Shown: piece after piece, positions 1 through 11,257 of the stretch
Numbering within the stretch: position 1 is the first letter of the stretch
Layout: each line of letters opens with the position of its first letter
Translations under genes and position numbers: made by a program
Assembly: GCA_028534125.1 (NCBI GenBank)
Contig: CM052816.1
Coordinates: 14,138,001 to 14,202,000 of the forward strand
DNA length: 64,000 nucleotides
Direction: 5' to 3'
DNA from: Lama glama
Lineage: Eukaryota
Notes under the pieces: generated by a model
The model's input: only the letters and a program-made list of their open reading frames with translations
Told to the model about the DNA's origin: nothing
Databases searched by the model: none

Positions 1-384
1 AGGAAATCACTCTGGACCACATGAGGTCTTCAGGAAAGCTGCTTTTGCATAACGTTCCACTGCCCCGTTCAGCGTAGAGTGAAAACCAAGGAAGGGTCTT
101 GCAAGAAGAATGGGGAAGAGGAAGCTAGTGACCTGTATTATCACAACCAAACTAAAATCTTTAAAATTCCCATCATACAGAGCAATTACAGGACCTCAAA
201 ACTAGCTGTGCACTTTGCTCTGAGCTAAGTTACTTGAAAAACATCGTTCCCTTCAGGGCTCATATAATCCCTTGAAGCATATATGATGACCAGTCCCCTT
301 TTTACAATAGGGGTTTGAAGAGATTAAGATTCACACACCTAGTACTGTCATTTAAATTAATCAATTATTTTTAATGTTAAAGCA

Positions 385-465
385 GGAGGGTGTAGCTCAG
401 TGGTAGAGCACATGCTTAGCATGCAGGAAGTCCTGGGTTCAACCCCCAGTACCTCCATTAAATAA

Positions 466-498
<33 letters not shown>

Positions 499-501
499 TA
501 G
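385..501 (+). mobile_element. tRNA(Ala)-derived SINE (camelid vic-1-like) with simple-repeat tail
   Basis: GGAGGGTGTAGCTCAGTGGTAGAGCACATGCTTAGCATG...GGGTTCAACCCCCAGTACCTCCA has Pol III A and B boxes, then a TAAA/TAGA/CAGA tail. A second copy lies at ~30853-30942 on the minus strand. Confidence 0.85.
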
Positions 502-889
502 AATTACACAAAGTCACCAAGTGTTTCACACCTACCCCTCCTCCATACTGACCTCTCCTCCATACTGATACAAGAGCATCGTCATTCCCATCATTACATC
601 ACGGAATCTACCACTGACATCCAAGCATCTAAAATCAACTCTTCTGTGAACTATTTTAGGCACCCAGCCACACCACGGAAAATTCGAACTTTGTCCTGCA
701 AAAACTGCACTAGTTAAAGCAGCAATGATAGCACTGTATTATTGTTTTAACTATTTCTTAATAAAGAAAACGTTGCTTGCATTTTAGAATGTTTTCTCTT
801 TTTGAGGTTTTGACGCACCCAGACAAATGGACACCTCTGAGAATTCTAACTCAGTCCCTGCATCCCAATGGCTGGGTATGTTGAATAAT

Positions 890-1160
890 CATGTTAACAG
901 GTACCCTGCACTTAGAATGTTCCGGACGCTGTTCTGGGTGCTTTATGTGCATTATTCCATTCCAGTTCCACTCAGCCCTTTCTGATAAGTACTACTAGTA
1001 ATTTTCATATTACAGAAGAGGAAACTGAGGCACGTACAGTTTGAATAATTTGTCCAAGGCTGTGGAGCTTCTAAGGGTGTGACTGAACCCCGGCAATCTA
1101 TGCTGAGTGCACATCTGTCTTTCAAACTCTCCAGCCTCCAAAGCTACAACCCTGAACACC
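890..1160. mobile_element. MIR SINE remnant
   Basis: MIR core ATTACAGAAGAGGAAACTGAGGCAC...AATTTGTCCAAGG. Boundaries approximate. Confidence 0.7.
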
Positions 1161-2689
1161 ATTGAGCCAGAAAGCCTAGGGGCTAGTGCCAGGCAGAGTT
1201 CTAACTTCAGGCCTGACACATCCCCTTGGCTATCCTCGGTTCCATCAGCACTCCCCAAAACTCCTTCCTGCTTCTGGGCCTTCTGCCACCCCTGGCCTGG
1301 CTGAGTCTGCATTCTGCAGATGAGGACAGCAGGGACACTTCTCCAGGGCCCCCAGGCTGTGCCCCTTCTTCTGCTCTCTGTACTCTCTAACGCACCACCG
1401 ATGTTAACTGTAATTAAATCACAGTTTAATCAATTATTTCTTTAATATCTATCTCCCCTCCCGACTATATAAACAGTGACAGTTCCAGAGTTCCTATAGA
1501 GGTGGGGGCAGGTAGTCTATCTGGGCTGGGGGGGCTTGGCTTCCAGTGCTTCATATTTGAGATAAGGATGAGAAAGGTCAATTGACTACAGAAATGAATG
1601 AGGTTGCTGAAGAAGATTATAGGTGACACCATGGTGTCAACACAGACTGTAAGCTCTGTAAGGGCAAAACCAGCATCTGTCTCTTTTATTACAGTAAATC
1701 CAACACCTGGCACTGTGTCTGATGCACAGGAAGTATAAAATAATGTTTTGTGGAATTAATAAATACTTAAAATAGAGCCTCTGACTTCTCATCTGAAAAG
1801 GAGGGAAGATAAGACCCAGAGCACAGCTTTTTAAAGCAACATGACATATGAAAACAGGCCAAGCCCAGGAATGGCCCACAATGCGTACTCCATAAACACC
1901 TGCCATTGGATTAGAATTCCTGCCTCTCCTCTTTCCCACTGTATCAGCTCCCAGCTTAAGAAGAGGGCAAAGCCCAGAACTGAAGCCACGGGACACCCCG
2001 ACCATGATCTGGTAGGGGTGCAGACATTTACACTGAGGTTGGGGTGAAAGGGCTGTAATCAGCATGGGCAGGAATGCAGGGGTTGTAGGATCTGCCTCTT
2101 GCAGAAAAGCTATACCTGGGGAAGAAACTGAGCAGCTCTGGAATAAACAAAATCATAGGAAACAGGAAGAATATGTAGCACAGGCCAAGTGACAACTCAG
2201 TCCAAAGAATGTGGGTGGTATCACCAAGCTGTGAAGGAACACGTGCTTTGCATTCACCCATCATCTTTCACTCTGTCCCTCTCCCCCAACCACTGGCCCC
2301 TGGGCTGTGGAAAAGGTTAAAACACAAATCAGAGTATGTCTCGGCCCTGCTTAAAACCCTTAAGAGGACAGTATCTGAGCTCCTCACTGGCCCATTTCAA
2401 CCTTGCTCACCAAGCTGTGGCCACAGAGACTTCCCGTAGGTACCTTCACATCAGGCTTGTCCCACACAGGCCCCCCCACCCCGGGCTCCCTCTCCCTGTC
2501 TCTTCAACCTCCTTCAGGTCACTCCTTCCGAGTCTCCAAGTCTCAACTCAGAACCACAGGCCCCTCTCAGAAAGAGACTCCCTGATGCCCAAATTAAAAT
2601 CAGTCCTTCCTGGCTTTCCCCATACCCTCAGATACTGCTTCCATCTCCCTCCTTGCACTTATCATAGACTCAGATTGCATAGTCTGTCT

Positions 2690-2810
2690 GTCTTCCGTAA
2701 TTGTGAGCTTCACCAGAGAAGGGAGGGCTATCTGTCTCTCACCAGGAGTCCCCAGAGTCAGGGCAGACTCCAGCACAGAATATATGAATGAATGAATGAA
2801 TGAATAGGTG
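2690..2810 (+). mobile_element. L2 LINE 3' end with (TGAA)n tail
   Basis: TTGTGAGCTTC...CAGCACAGAATATA followed by (TGAA)5, the typical L2 terminus. Confidence 0.6.
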
Positions 2811-4977
2811 GATGGATTTCTCTTAACAGTTGCCCCCAAACCTCTCTTCTCTTTAGGTTCCAAGTAGGAAGAGAATATGGTCCCCAGTGCCCTCCCAGAC
2901 ACTGAGTCATCTGCTCAGGCATCAGAGGCCCCTCCCAGCTCGAGACTGGGGGCTCCTTTCATGGTCCCACCATCCCCACCCGAGCTGGGGCTCCTCATTC
3001 CTCCTTCAGGAAAACTGAGAAAAGACCAGGAATGGAAGGAACACTATCTCTTGACTAATTCCTCTAATAAAGGAAAGCGAACAGCAACACCCCACCCCCA
3101 CCGCCTGACCCCATCTTGACTTTCTTCCATAGTTTAGTAAGGATTTGTTTATTCCCATCATTTTCATTGTTCGAGAAAAGCCCATAAGCCACCACTGCCT
3201 GGAAAATTACAGATCCAACTTTCCTTGCTTAACATGCTTCAGTGTCTTGCAAAAAATAAGTTTTCAGGTTTGTGATGTGGAGAGGAGGTGGCAGCAAAGC
3301 AGAAAGATCTGGGTTGTAAAGATCTAGAAAAACAGCACCTCAGTTAGCTCTTTCATTGATCAGGTGCAGGATCCTTAGCCTCAATTTCTACATCTGACAA
3401 ACAGGAATAATGATACTGAGTTTTCATATCTGCAAAGAGAAGACGTGAACAACAGTAAAACAGTCTGTTGTCCTAGTAAAGAGTTTTTCTCAAAGCTTTT
3501 TGTAAGGTCTTGGTCCTGAAAGGAAGGCTGGGGTTTCATAGGGGAGGGCCTGTCTGCCCTCCAGGAGCTGAGTAAGTAAATCACACTGCAAAGGTGCGTT
3601 TGAGTAGCGAGAAGCCATTTTAGACTAGACCCGGTGACCGTGGGTTCTGGTCTGGCTTTGCAAAATGTCCCTCCCGCTGCCTGTCCTCAGAGCCCCAGCC
3701 CCAGCTCCTGCCCAAGGCCAGACCTCTGGCCTGGGCTCGAAGCCTTTTATCGGCTCCACTGACAACAGCCAAGCGCAGTCCTATGTGGCGTAGTAAGAAA
3801 AAGACAGCCTCACAACTTCCCGGTGAAGCGAGAACACCAGCAAGACAAACCTTCACAGGGGATTCAGGCCCTGACCCAGCTCTTATCCCCGCATCAAAGC
3901 CACCCCCTACCCAGGACTCCCCGGAGGCTACAGCCTCCTCCGTTCCTGGGCGGGGCTGGGCCTGCTGCGAGGGCTCCTCGCCTTCCCGGAGTCAGGCCTA
4001 ATGGCGGGGGCTTTTCTTTTCACGGGCCAGGGCTGATGCGCTCCCCCCCGCCCCCGCCGCCCCATCATTAACTGCAAAGAAAAGATCCCGGCCATTTCCA
4101 TTTCCTCTGCGGCTCAAGAGCCCTGTTGTTATTTAATCCCGTGGCCACCCCGGCAGCATCCTCGGTGCAGCCGGCTCCACCCATCCACCTGGCCAGTTCT
4201 CGGCCGCTCCCGCTTCCCCGGAGGGGCGCTAGCCGGGATGGCTGGGGAGAGGCGCCTACAGCAGCAAAGGGCCGTGGCCTACGGTAGACAGAGGCTCCTC
4301 AGGCCCATGTCCTGTGAGGGCTGGGAAAAGCAAGGGGGTGGAGAGGGGAGCACTAGCCAGGGCAGTAGAGGGCGGGCGGACGCCGGGGCACTGCGGACGT
4401 TACATTGGGGCGGGGGTGGAGGGGTGGGGAAGGAGGGCGCTGCCAAGCGAGAGCCGGGTCTCTCGCCGAGTAGCCAGTATCGCCCCGGGGGGTACTGGAG
4501 CCGGAAGAGGCCTCGGCACTGTCGTCGTCCACACCCAAGAAATGGGGGGAGGGGTGGTCTGCACTCACTCCAGGGAGACTCAGGAAAGGAACCAGATTCA
4601 TTCAGCAACCCCCGCTCCGCCCTTCTTTGATATGAACGTTTGACATTTTCTTAATTTTTGGTAAACACGACTTCAAGACCCCTCCCCCCGACGCCCCTAG
4701 TCTAGAGAAAGAGAAGGCCCCCAGCAGGGGTCTTCCCGTTCCCCCTGCCCGCCTTCCCTACTGCCTGCGGCGGGTAGAGATCCCTAGATCTAGGTGTGTC
4801 CTCTCCCACCCGGCTCTCAGCCCAGGGTCCGAGGCCGCAGTGCCCCCCGCCCCCCAGCAACACTGACGGTTCCAGCCCAGGCCCGCAGTGGCGTGAAGGT
4901 GGCCTTTACCTCCTCTCGTAGCCTGGGAGGGGGTACAGCCCGCGCAGCTGAGCCAGCTGCAGCAGTCGCCGCCGCCC

Positions 4978-5224
4978 TCCATTCATAAAAGAAAAAAAAA
5001 AAAAAGGCAACAACAACCTCACCCCTCTTTGTAAAAGAACGACGGTCCCTGGAGGAGCGAGAGCCAGCCCCAGCAATCACGGGTTAAGTTCTTTTCCGGC
5101 CCCCCATTCATAAAAAAAGGAGCGCGGCGCATGCGCGCGCGGGGTCTCTTGTGCCCACCCATTCATAGAATCGCGAGCGGCGCGCGTGCGCCCTGGAGCG
5201 CCCTTCCCTCCCATTCATAAAAAA
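4978..5224 (-). promoter_or_regulatory. Array of four CCATTCATA motifs (TGAATGG on minus; Capicua/HMG-box-type sites)
   Basis: TCCATTCATAAAA at 4978, CCCATTCATAAAA at 5103, CCCATTCATAGAA at 5158, CCCATTCATAAAA at 5210. An extra TTCATTCA lies at 4597-4604. The CIC consensus is T(G/C)AATG(A/G)A. Confidence 0.75.
5127..5136. promoter_or_regulatory. NRF1-type palindrome GCGCATGCGC
   Basis: Exact match to the NRF1 core, about 110 bp upstream of the inferred TSS. Confidence 0.6.
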
Positions 5225-5239
5225 GCCATTTTCCCAGGC

Positions 5240-5424
5240 AGTGGTTGCAACACCGCCGCGGAGGCAGCGAGAGGAGCTGACAGCGCGGAGCTGGCGCTGC
5301 GGAGCGCAGGGAACCGTGCGGGTTCCTCCAGCCGGCGTCTGCTAGGACCGCGGCGTCTGACCCGCTCGGGTTCGGGGATTTACACAGAAGCAGAGCAATG
5401 CTTGTGACTCTGCGTCTCCTCAAA
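5240..5424 (+). other. SPRY4: SPRY4 exon 1 (5'UTR; TSS approximate)
   Basis: TATA-like CATAAAAAA at 5216-5224 and a strong donor AAA|GTAAGT at 5424/5425. Joining to 14612 gives CTCCTCAAA|GGCCCCTAGAAGCC, which matches my recollection of the human SPRY4 mRNA leader. Confidence 0.85.
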
Positions 5425-8400
5425 GTAAGTCCCTGGCCGGTTTCGGGATGTGAAGCTGCCCTCCACGGAGCCGCGAAGCGACTCCCCTTCGGGCTGGGGC
5501 AAATGGTGCGCTAATTCTAGGCGCTCCTCAGTGTTCCTTCCCTCTCCTTGCGCCTCCTGGAGCCGCTGCGGTGCGCCGCAGCTCCCTGACGCCCTCGGCT
5601 GGGCCGGCACGGCGCCGGGGTGTTCACAGCCTGGCACCGGCGTTCCCGACCCCCGGGCATTGCCAAGCCGGGTTTCCCCGCTCTCTGAGTGTCGGAAGCC
5701 CCGAGCGTGTCCCGGGAGTTTGCCTCTGGCTTGGCCTCTTTCTTCCTGCCACCACTCGCCTCGGGCGCTGGAATAGGAGGCTCTGGGCTCCGTCAGGAGT
5801 CACCTTTTGGGTCTGGCGGGCGCCCTCCCCCTGGGCGGCTCGCCCACCCCGGGCTCGCTGCCCACGGTGCCAGCTCTGCCGTAGATCTCCCCAGCCCGCA
5901 GCAGCGGCCTATGCTCGACGTAGGTTTTGCGTTCCCACCTGGAGCCGTGACGGACTGGGTTTTCTTCCCTTTTGCCTCCCCCTCGATGGTCAGCGCGGGG
6001 CTGGCCTGGGACTGGGCATTTTTGCTCTCTCTTTCTTTGGCGAGGCGGTTCCTCGCCGTCTGACCTTTGCTCTGCTGCCGCATTTTATGCTGTGCAACTG
6101 CCTTGCAGTTGCCTTTCCCTTCCCCGGCCTCTGCAGGGCCCGAGGCTCCGTGGCCTCCTCGTATCTCCCTATCCCTGGGCACCGAGCTGTGCCAGGCCCC
6201 GGGGGCCCCGGGCCGCTCTGGGGCTGTGGTGGGGGCTGAAGGTGCGTTTACATAACGCCGGGCGTGTGGGAGCTGGAGGAAGAGGTTGCGTGCGTAGGAG
6301 AGATAAGGCTCCCGCTTTCCCTCCTTCCTTCTTGGTGGTACCAGGGTTGACATCACTGAGAAGAGAAAAGGATAGAGACGGTACGTTCTGAAAATTCTGA
6401 ATCGCCAAGGCTACGGGGGCAATGAAGGGGGGGTGAGGGCGGGTTTGGCCAGGCAGGGCAGCTGGAGCTTGGCTCCATCACTGGGGCCAGGGCTGTGCCC
6501 AGTTCCCCCTCCATGCAGACGATCAAAAAGCATTTAGACAGTAGCTGCTCTTGTGCAAGAAGACGGTTTCTCAATTCTCTTTGATTGGGGGCTGGGAGTT
6601 GTGGGCAGAGGATGCAAGAGGGGTGGGAAACGGTTGCATGGCTTGATGGGCCCAGCGATGGATGGGAGAAGCGAACTGGGCTGGAAGGGCTGCTTGGTGG
6701 GCAAAGGGGAGAACTACTGGCTGCCTCAATCACCAGCTGCTGGATGGGTATCCATATTGCCAGGCCTGGCTGAGGGCAGAAGGCTGCCTTCTGGCGCATC
6801 AAGCTCGGGGAGGCCCCAGCATGGTTAGTATTGAAAGGAAGGGTGTGGGTTGGGTTCAGTGGGGTGCCCAGACCCAGTGGGAACCCCCTCTTTCTTGCTC
6901 CCAAACCAGTGGCATGATTCTCTCCAGTTTAGGGAGGGGCGGCAGCAAGTGCATGTCTGTCTGGTTAGCTGACCGAGGCTCTCTGAGCCTCTGGGGGATA
7001 CAGAGCTGGACGGTGAAGGCCCACAGCATTTAGGAAATGTAGGTTTATCAATCTCTTAATAAGCTTGGTCTGGCCTGATGCCCTACCCAATTGTACTGGT
7101 GATTTCACAATGTTTAGAGTTCTCTGGATCTTCACGCAAATGGAGCCTAAACATCTGAAATTTTCATCTTTTTTTTCTTAGTGAGTGGGTGTGGGGCAGA
7201 CCAGGAAAGAAAGAGAGGGCTGCCATCGACTCTCCCACAACCCCATCTCTCTAGCTCTCTTTTTCTCTCATAAGAAGGGTGATACATGTCCAGTATGAAA
7301 TCGAATTTCCTCTTTCCCAGCCCTTGAGAAGGTCCTCACTTGCCAGAAGGTTCCAGACGAATCCTAACCTGAGCAGTGCACACCCTGACCAACTGAGCTT
7401 TGCGGCCAGTACTGGGTAGGGGTCATTTTGGTGATGGGCTGCTGAAACCTTGAAGGACAAACGTTGGTCAGCTTTGATGAAGAAGACCTGTAAAGACATC
7501 TCTTGGTTATCTTCCCTTTCAGATTCTGAACTGGGGTGGGGGTCAGTCCTCTTTTTGTGGAGTATAAATGCTCTCCTGCCTAGTCCCATGACCTTTCCCA
7601 GATTGCCTCCTGAGATGGCAGCGTCTCCTTGAAACTTTGGTGGGGCTTGGTGGGGGGCGACAAAGAACATGCACTAGAATAATTCCTGGTTAAAGCAGGG
7701 CAGGGGCTGGGGGTTGGGGACGTTTGGAGCTCGCAGATGTCATTTTTGTTTTCATCCTTCCAGAATAGGTGGAGAGATGAGGCTCTTTGGAATTCCATCC
7801 CCCACTCTGGTAAACCTGACGTTGCCTCTGCCCAGAGGTTTGGCTGACTTGAATAACAAATGAAGGCCGCCTTTCAGTGCAAAATTTGAAAGTCAGTGAT
7901 TTTTAAAATTAAGGGAGGAAAAAACACCCATTAACACCTTCAGAAGTGGCCCTTGAGGTACGTTGCTCTGGGGTTTAAGCCTTTGGGATCACATGTGTGG
8001 AACTCCCAGTTCCCGATGCTATTATGTTAGTCCCTTCGTGTGACATCTTCCAGCCCGCAGTTTTGGGCCCCCACAAGCATTTTTCTTTCTCCAGGTCATC
8101 CTCTTGAGTAGGGCCCAGGTGTTAGTACCAGAAGGTTCAGAAAGGAGTCCCCTCTTTTCAGAGGAGTTCAATGTTCTTAGAAAGTTAAGGCATTCAATTT
8201 GGTTCTGAATCCAGTGTGTCTGTCATCCGGCCCCTACCAAGGTAGAAGGTCCCTTTTGAGGAAAGCCTCTGGATCTAGGGCGATAGTTGAAATTTTGATT
8301 TGGGATGTTGACATGACCAGATTTTTAAGGAGGAATCGCAAGAGTGGAGAAGCTTCCAAGCTTACATCTCACGGGCAACCTGGGTCTACCTGACAGAAGG

Positions 8401-10012
8401 GAAAGCAGTGACTCATTGAAATATATTTTTGCTTGTTCAAAAAAGCCAGAGGAAGAAAGTGAGGAAGGGCAACATCCTGGAAACGGTATCACATCTTCTA
8501 GACCAAGGTAGGGGCTCGGCCAGAGCAGGGGACTGGCTAGGAAATGTACTAAACTTGGGCCTCAGGCCCCGCATCTGCAGAGTGGGGAGAAGAAACCTCT
8601 CTCAAGGGGCTATGGCTGAGCAGCCAGCAAGTGTGCAGGGCAGTGGCCGGACCCCTTGGTACTGCTGGGCGCCTAGTAGGATGGCCTGGTTGTAAGGAAG
8701 CCACTGCCACCGCGGGAGATGCAGGGTGTTGCATGATGCGGGAGGATTCTTGGCTCTCAGGAGCCTGGGGCCACCCTGCAGATCCGGACAGCTGACAAGG
8801 CTGGGGATGTATCCGGGACATGTGGCTGGGTTTAAGAGGCTTCACCGTTCAGCTGTGATCATGATTGTTCTTTCCAAGGACAGTCGGTGGAGGAAGCAAG
8901 GGCACTGGGGAGGGAGCACAGATGTGCTGGATCTAGCGGAGGAGGGAAGGGGCCCTTCTGGGGCAGGTGGCCATTTGCAGAAGAGTGGCTTCCCTTGTCT
9001 TTCTTTTTCTGGTGGGGGGAAGGGGGAGTCATTTCCTGCCTCATCCCAAGAGTAAGCTAAAATCTATTATTATAAGCCCATTTTTTAGTGGAGGGTGGTG
9101 AGATAAATAAAACGATCTTGGTGTTAGTGAGAGGGGTCCTCCACTGGGGTTTAGGTTTCCTCCACCCCCCAAACTTTGATGTGGGCCAATAGCTCCCCAA
9201 ATGTCCCAGCAGTGAACTGGCTGCTTCTAGCCCCATTCTTTTCTCCCTCTTGACTTCTATAATCTCTCTTTCGGGGAATCCGAGCAGACAACAATTATGA
9301 GGGTAATACATCAAAGCCCAAATTTGCAGCTGGTTAGAACAGCCCAGAGCTAATATGTACAGCAAGACCTCTCCCACTCACCCTTGCACTGCGGCTTTGG
9401 GGTTCAGCTGACTGGTTGTGGAAGAAGAGAAGAGGGTTGGGAACTGATAACTGGTGATAGGACACAGTGAGGAAACGCAGCTGTTTTCTTTTGTGATCTC
9501 TGACAGGTTCTGGCCAGAGGTCAGCTCAGACAAATCCAGCTGCCTAAATGCTTTATTCTCTGCAGAGAGGCAGAGACAGTCTTCCTCAGCAGGGTACAGG
9601 GAAGACAAGTCCCTGCCATCCCTCCTCCCTCCTCCCGCCTTTTAAAGTCTTTTCTAAGCAATAGTATTTGGTTGGAGCTTAGTGACCTAAACTGGGATGT
9701 TGTCACAAAGAACCCAGCGACAGTGGGAGATAGTGGTGGGAGGGCTCCCTGGCGACCTAGAGACCTTTTTCTCTGAGCTGTTAAAGGGTTAAACAACCTT
9801 CCCTGAAATCACCTGCTGGGACTGAATGGGCAGTGCAGAAACTGCCCGGTCATTCAGAACCTCTTGCCAGTCTGACATCAGCTGACCTGTAGTTTTCAGA
9901 GTACAACTGTTAGGTTTTCCTAATATTTCCCAACTCCTCTCCCCGGGGGGAGTCCAGGGGAAAGGGTGGATGGGTGGAGCGGACATTTAACATGCCTCTT
10001 GATTCTTTTCAG

Positions 10013-10063
10013 CCAGCCTGGATTGAGCTGTGTGCCGCCTTGATGCTCAGCCCCTCCCCGCAG
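10013..10063 (+). other. SPRY4: Putative 51-nt cassette exon of SPRY4 (counterpart of the human exon encoding the MLSPLPT start of the long isoform)
   Basis: Acceptor CTCTTGATTCTTTTCAG| at 10012 and donor CAG|GTACAT at 10063/10064. Contains ATG CTC AGC CCC TCC CCG CAG (MLSPSPQ) from 10043. Confidence 0.7.
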
Positions 10064-11257
10064 GTACATGTGCAGTAGCAGGCTCACAGACCCGAGCTGC
10101 CGATACGGGGCTGTGTGCACTAGGCTTTTTAATATCCTGCTGATTCCGTATTCTAGGACACTCCTCTTCTGGCTTCCTCTTACCCTGACCCCTCCTCCCC
10201 TTCCCCACAGACCTGGACCAAGAAGCCCCATCCATGAACATGCCCAAGGGACCCTTAAATTCAGCTTTATAGGTGGGAGGAGAGGGGATTCCTTTGAGGG
10301 GCCGCTTTGTGGTGGGATCCTACAAGTGAGACCCATTCCACTTCAGAAAGCTAAAAATGAAACCACTAAAGTGGGGTTGTGTGAAGTGACAGGAGGGCTG
10401 GCAAAGAAACCTGAATTGGAAGGGAAGATACCTTGAGCTCTGAGCCTTCCTTTAATGACAGATTTCAACCCCCCAGCCTCCGCTCTCCACACTGAAAATT
10501 CCCCTGACTGGGGGCCAGTCTGACGTCAGCCCTGTCTGGCTGCATTTCCCTGCTGGTTTGGTGAAGAGCCTGAAGATGGCCTAGTGAGGTTCCCTGAGGG
10601 CTAGTGGCAGACGGGGGAGACTGGCGGAGTTCGTGGCTGTGAAGGAAAACGGTGCTTTCCTGCCCTTCCATGAATACCCAGAAGTTCCTGCAAGTCGGGG
10701 CTGAAGTTACAGCCTCTGCTGTCTGGGTTTGCATCCCACCCTGATCACTTGCCGACTCTATGACCCTTTGTTCTTCCGTTTCTTCCTCTGCAAAATGGGT
10801 TTTATCTTTCAAGGTGATGGTGAGGATTAAAGGAGAAAATCATTGAAGATTTAGCACAGAACCTTGACACCAAGAAATGTTTCATAAGTATTAGCTGCTC
10901 CCATACTTATTAATTATTATTACTGGAAGGTTGACGTAGAGGTAAAAGTTTCCTTCTTCATGCTAACCCACAAGGCTGCCACCTAAAATTTGATAGTGGT
11001 GCTTCTCCGGCTAAGTGGAGTGCTGGCTTTGTTTCTCTGTCCATAGTCTTCCAAATTGGCCATCAGTCTCCCCAACAGCCAAAAATGAGGCAAAGCCTCC
11101 TCTCTCCTATTTATATTATAAATCTCTTCCTTCCTTGCAGGGGAAGCAGAAAGTACATATTAAACTGCACTTAAGTTCGTCGGCATTGCTCAGACTGGAG
11201 GGTGGGTGTGTCCTGGGGGGTAGAGATTGAGCTTCTAAACCCATTGAGGCTTGGGGG

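Larger units (their letters stand above)
3940..6330. promoter_or_regulatory. SPRY4: CpG island spanning the SPRY4 promoter, exon 1 and start of the intron
   Basis: Very GC- and CpG-dense stretch against a CpG-depleted background, with GC boxes and an ETS-type GCCGGAAG at 4500-4507. Confidence 0.92.

Noticed and set aside
385..457. tRNA-Ala-like sequence (also 30868-30942 on minus)
   Set aside because: It has a simple-repeat or A tail, the two copies are diverged and the stems are imperfect, so these are SINEs rather than tRNA genes.
538..568. Tandem duplication of CTCCTCCATACTGA (17-bp period)
   Set aside because: Two copies only; an ordinary slippage duplication, not an array.
2785..2805. 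(TGAA)5 containing TGAATGAA CIC octamers
   Set aside because: It is the standard L2 tail, common genome-wide, with no sign of function.
4238..6904. Many overlapping 100-220 aa ORFs on both strands
   Set aside because: Expected from stop-codon scarcity in a CpG island. They are Pro/Arg/Gly/Ala-rich, show no domain, and mostly lack ATG starts.
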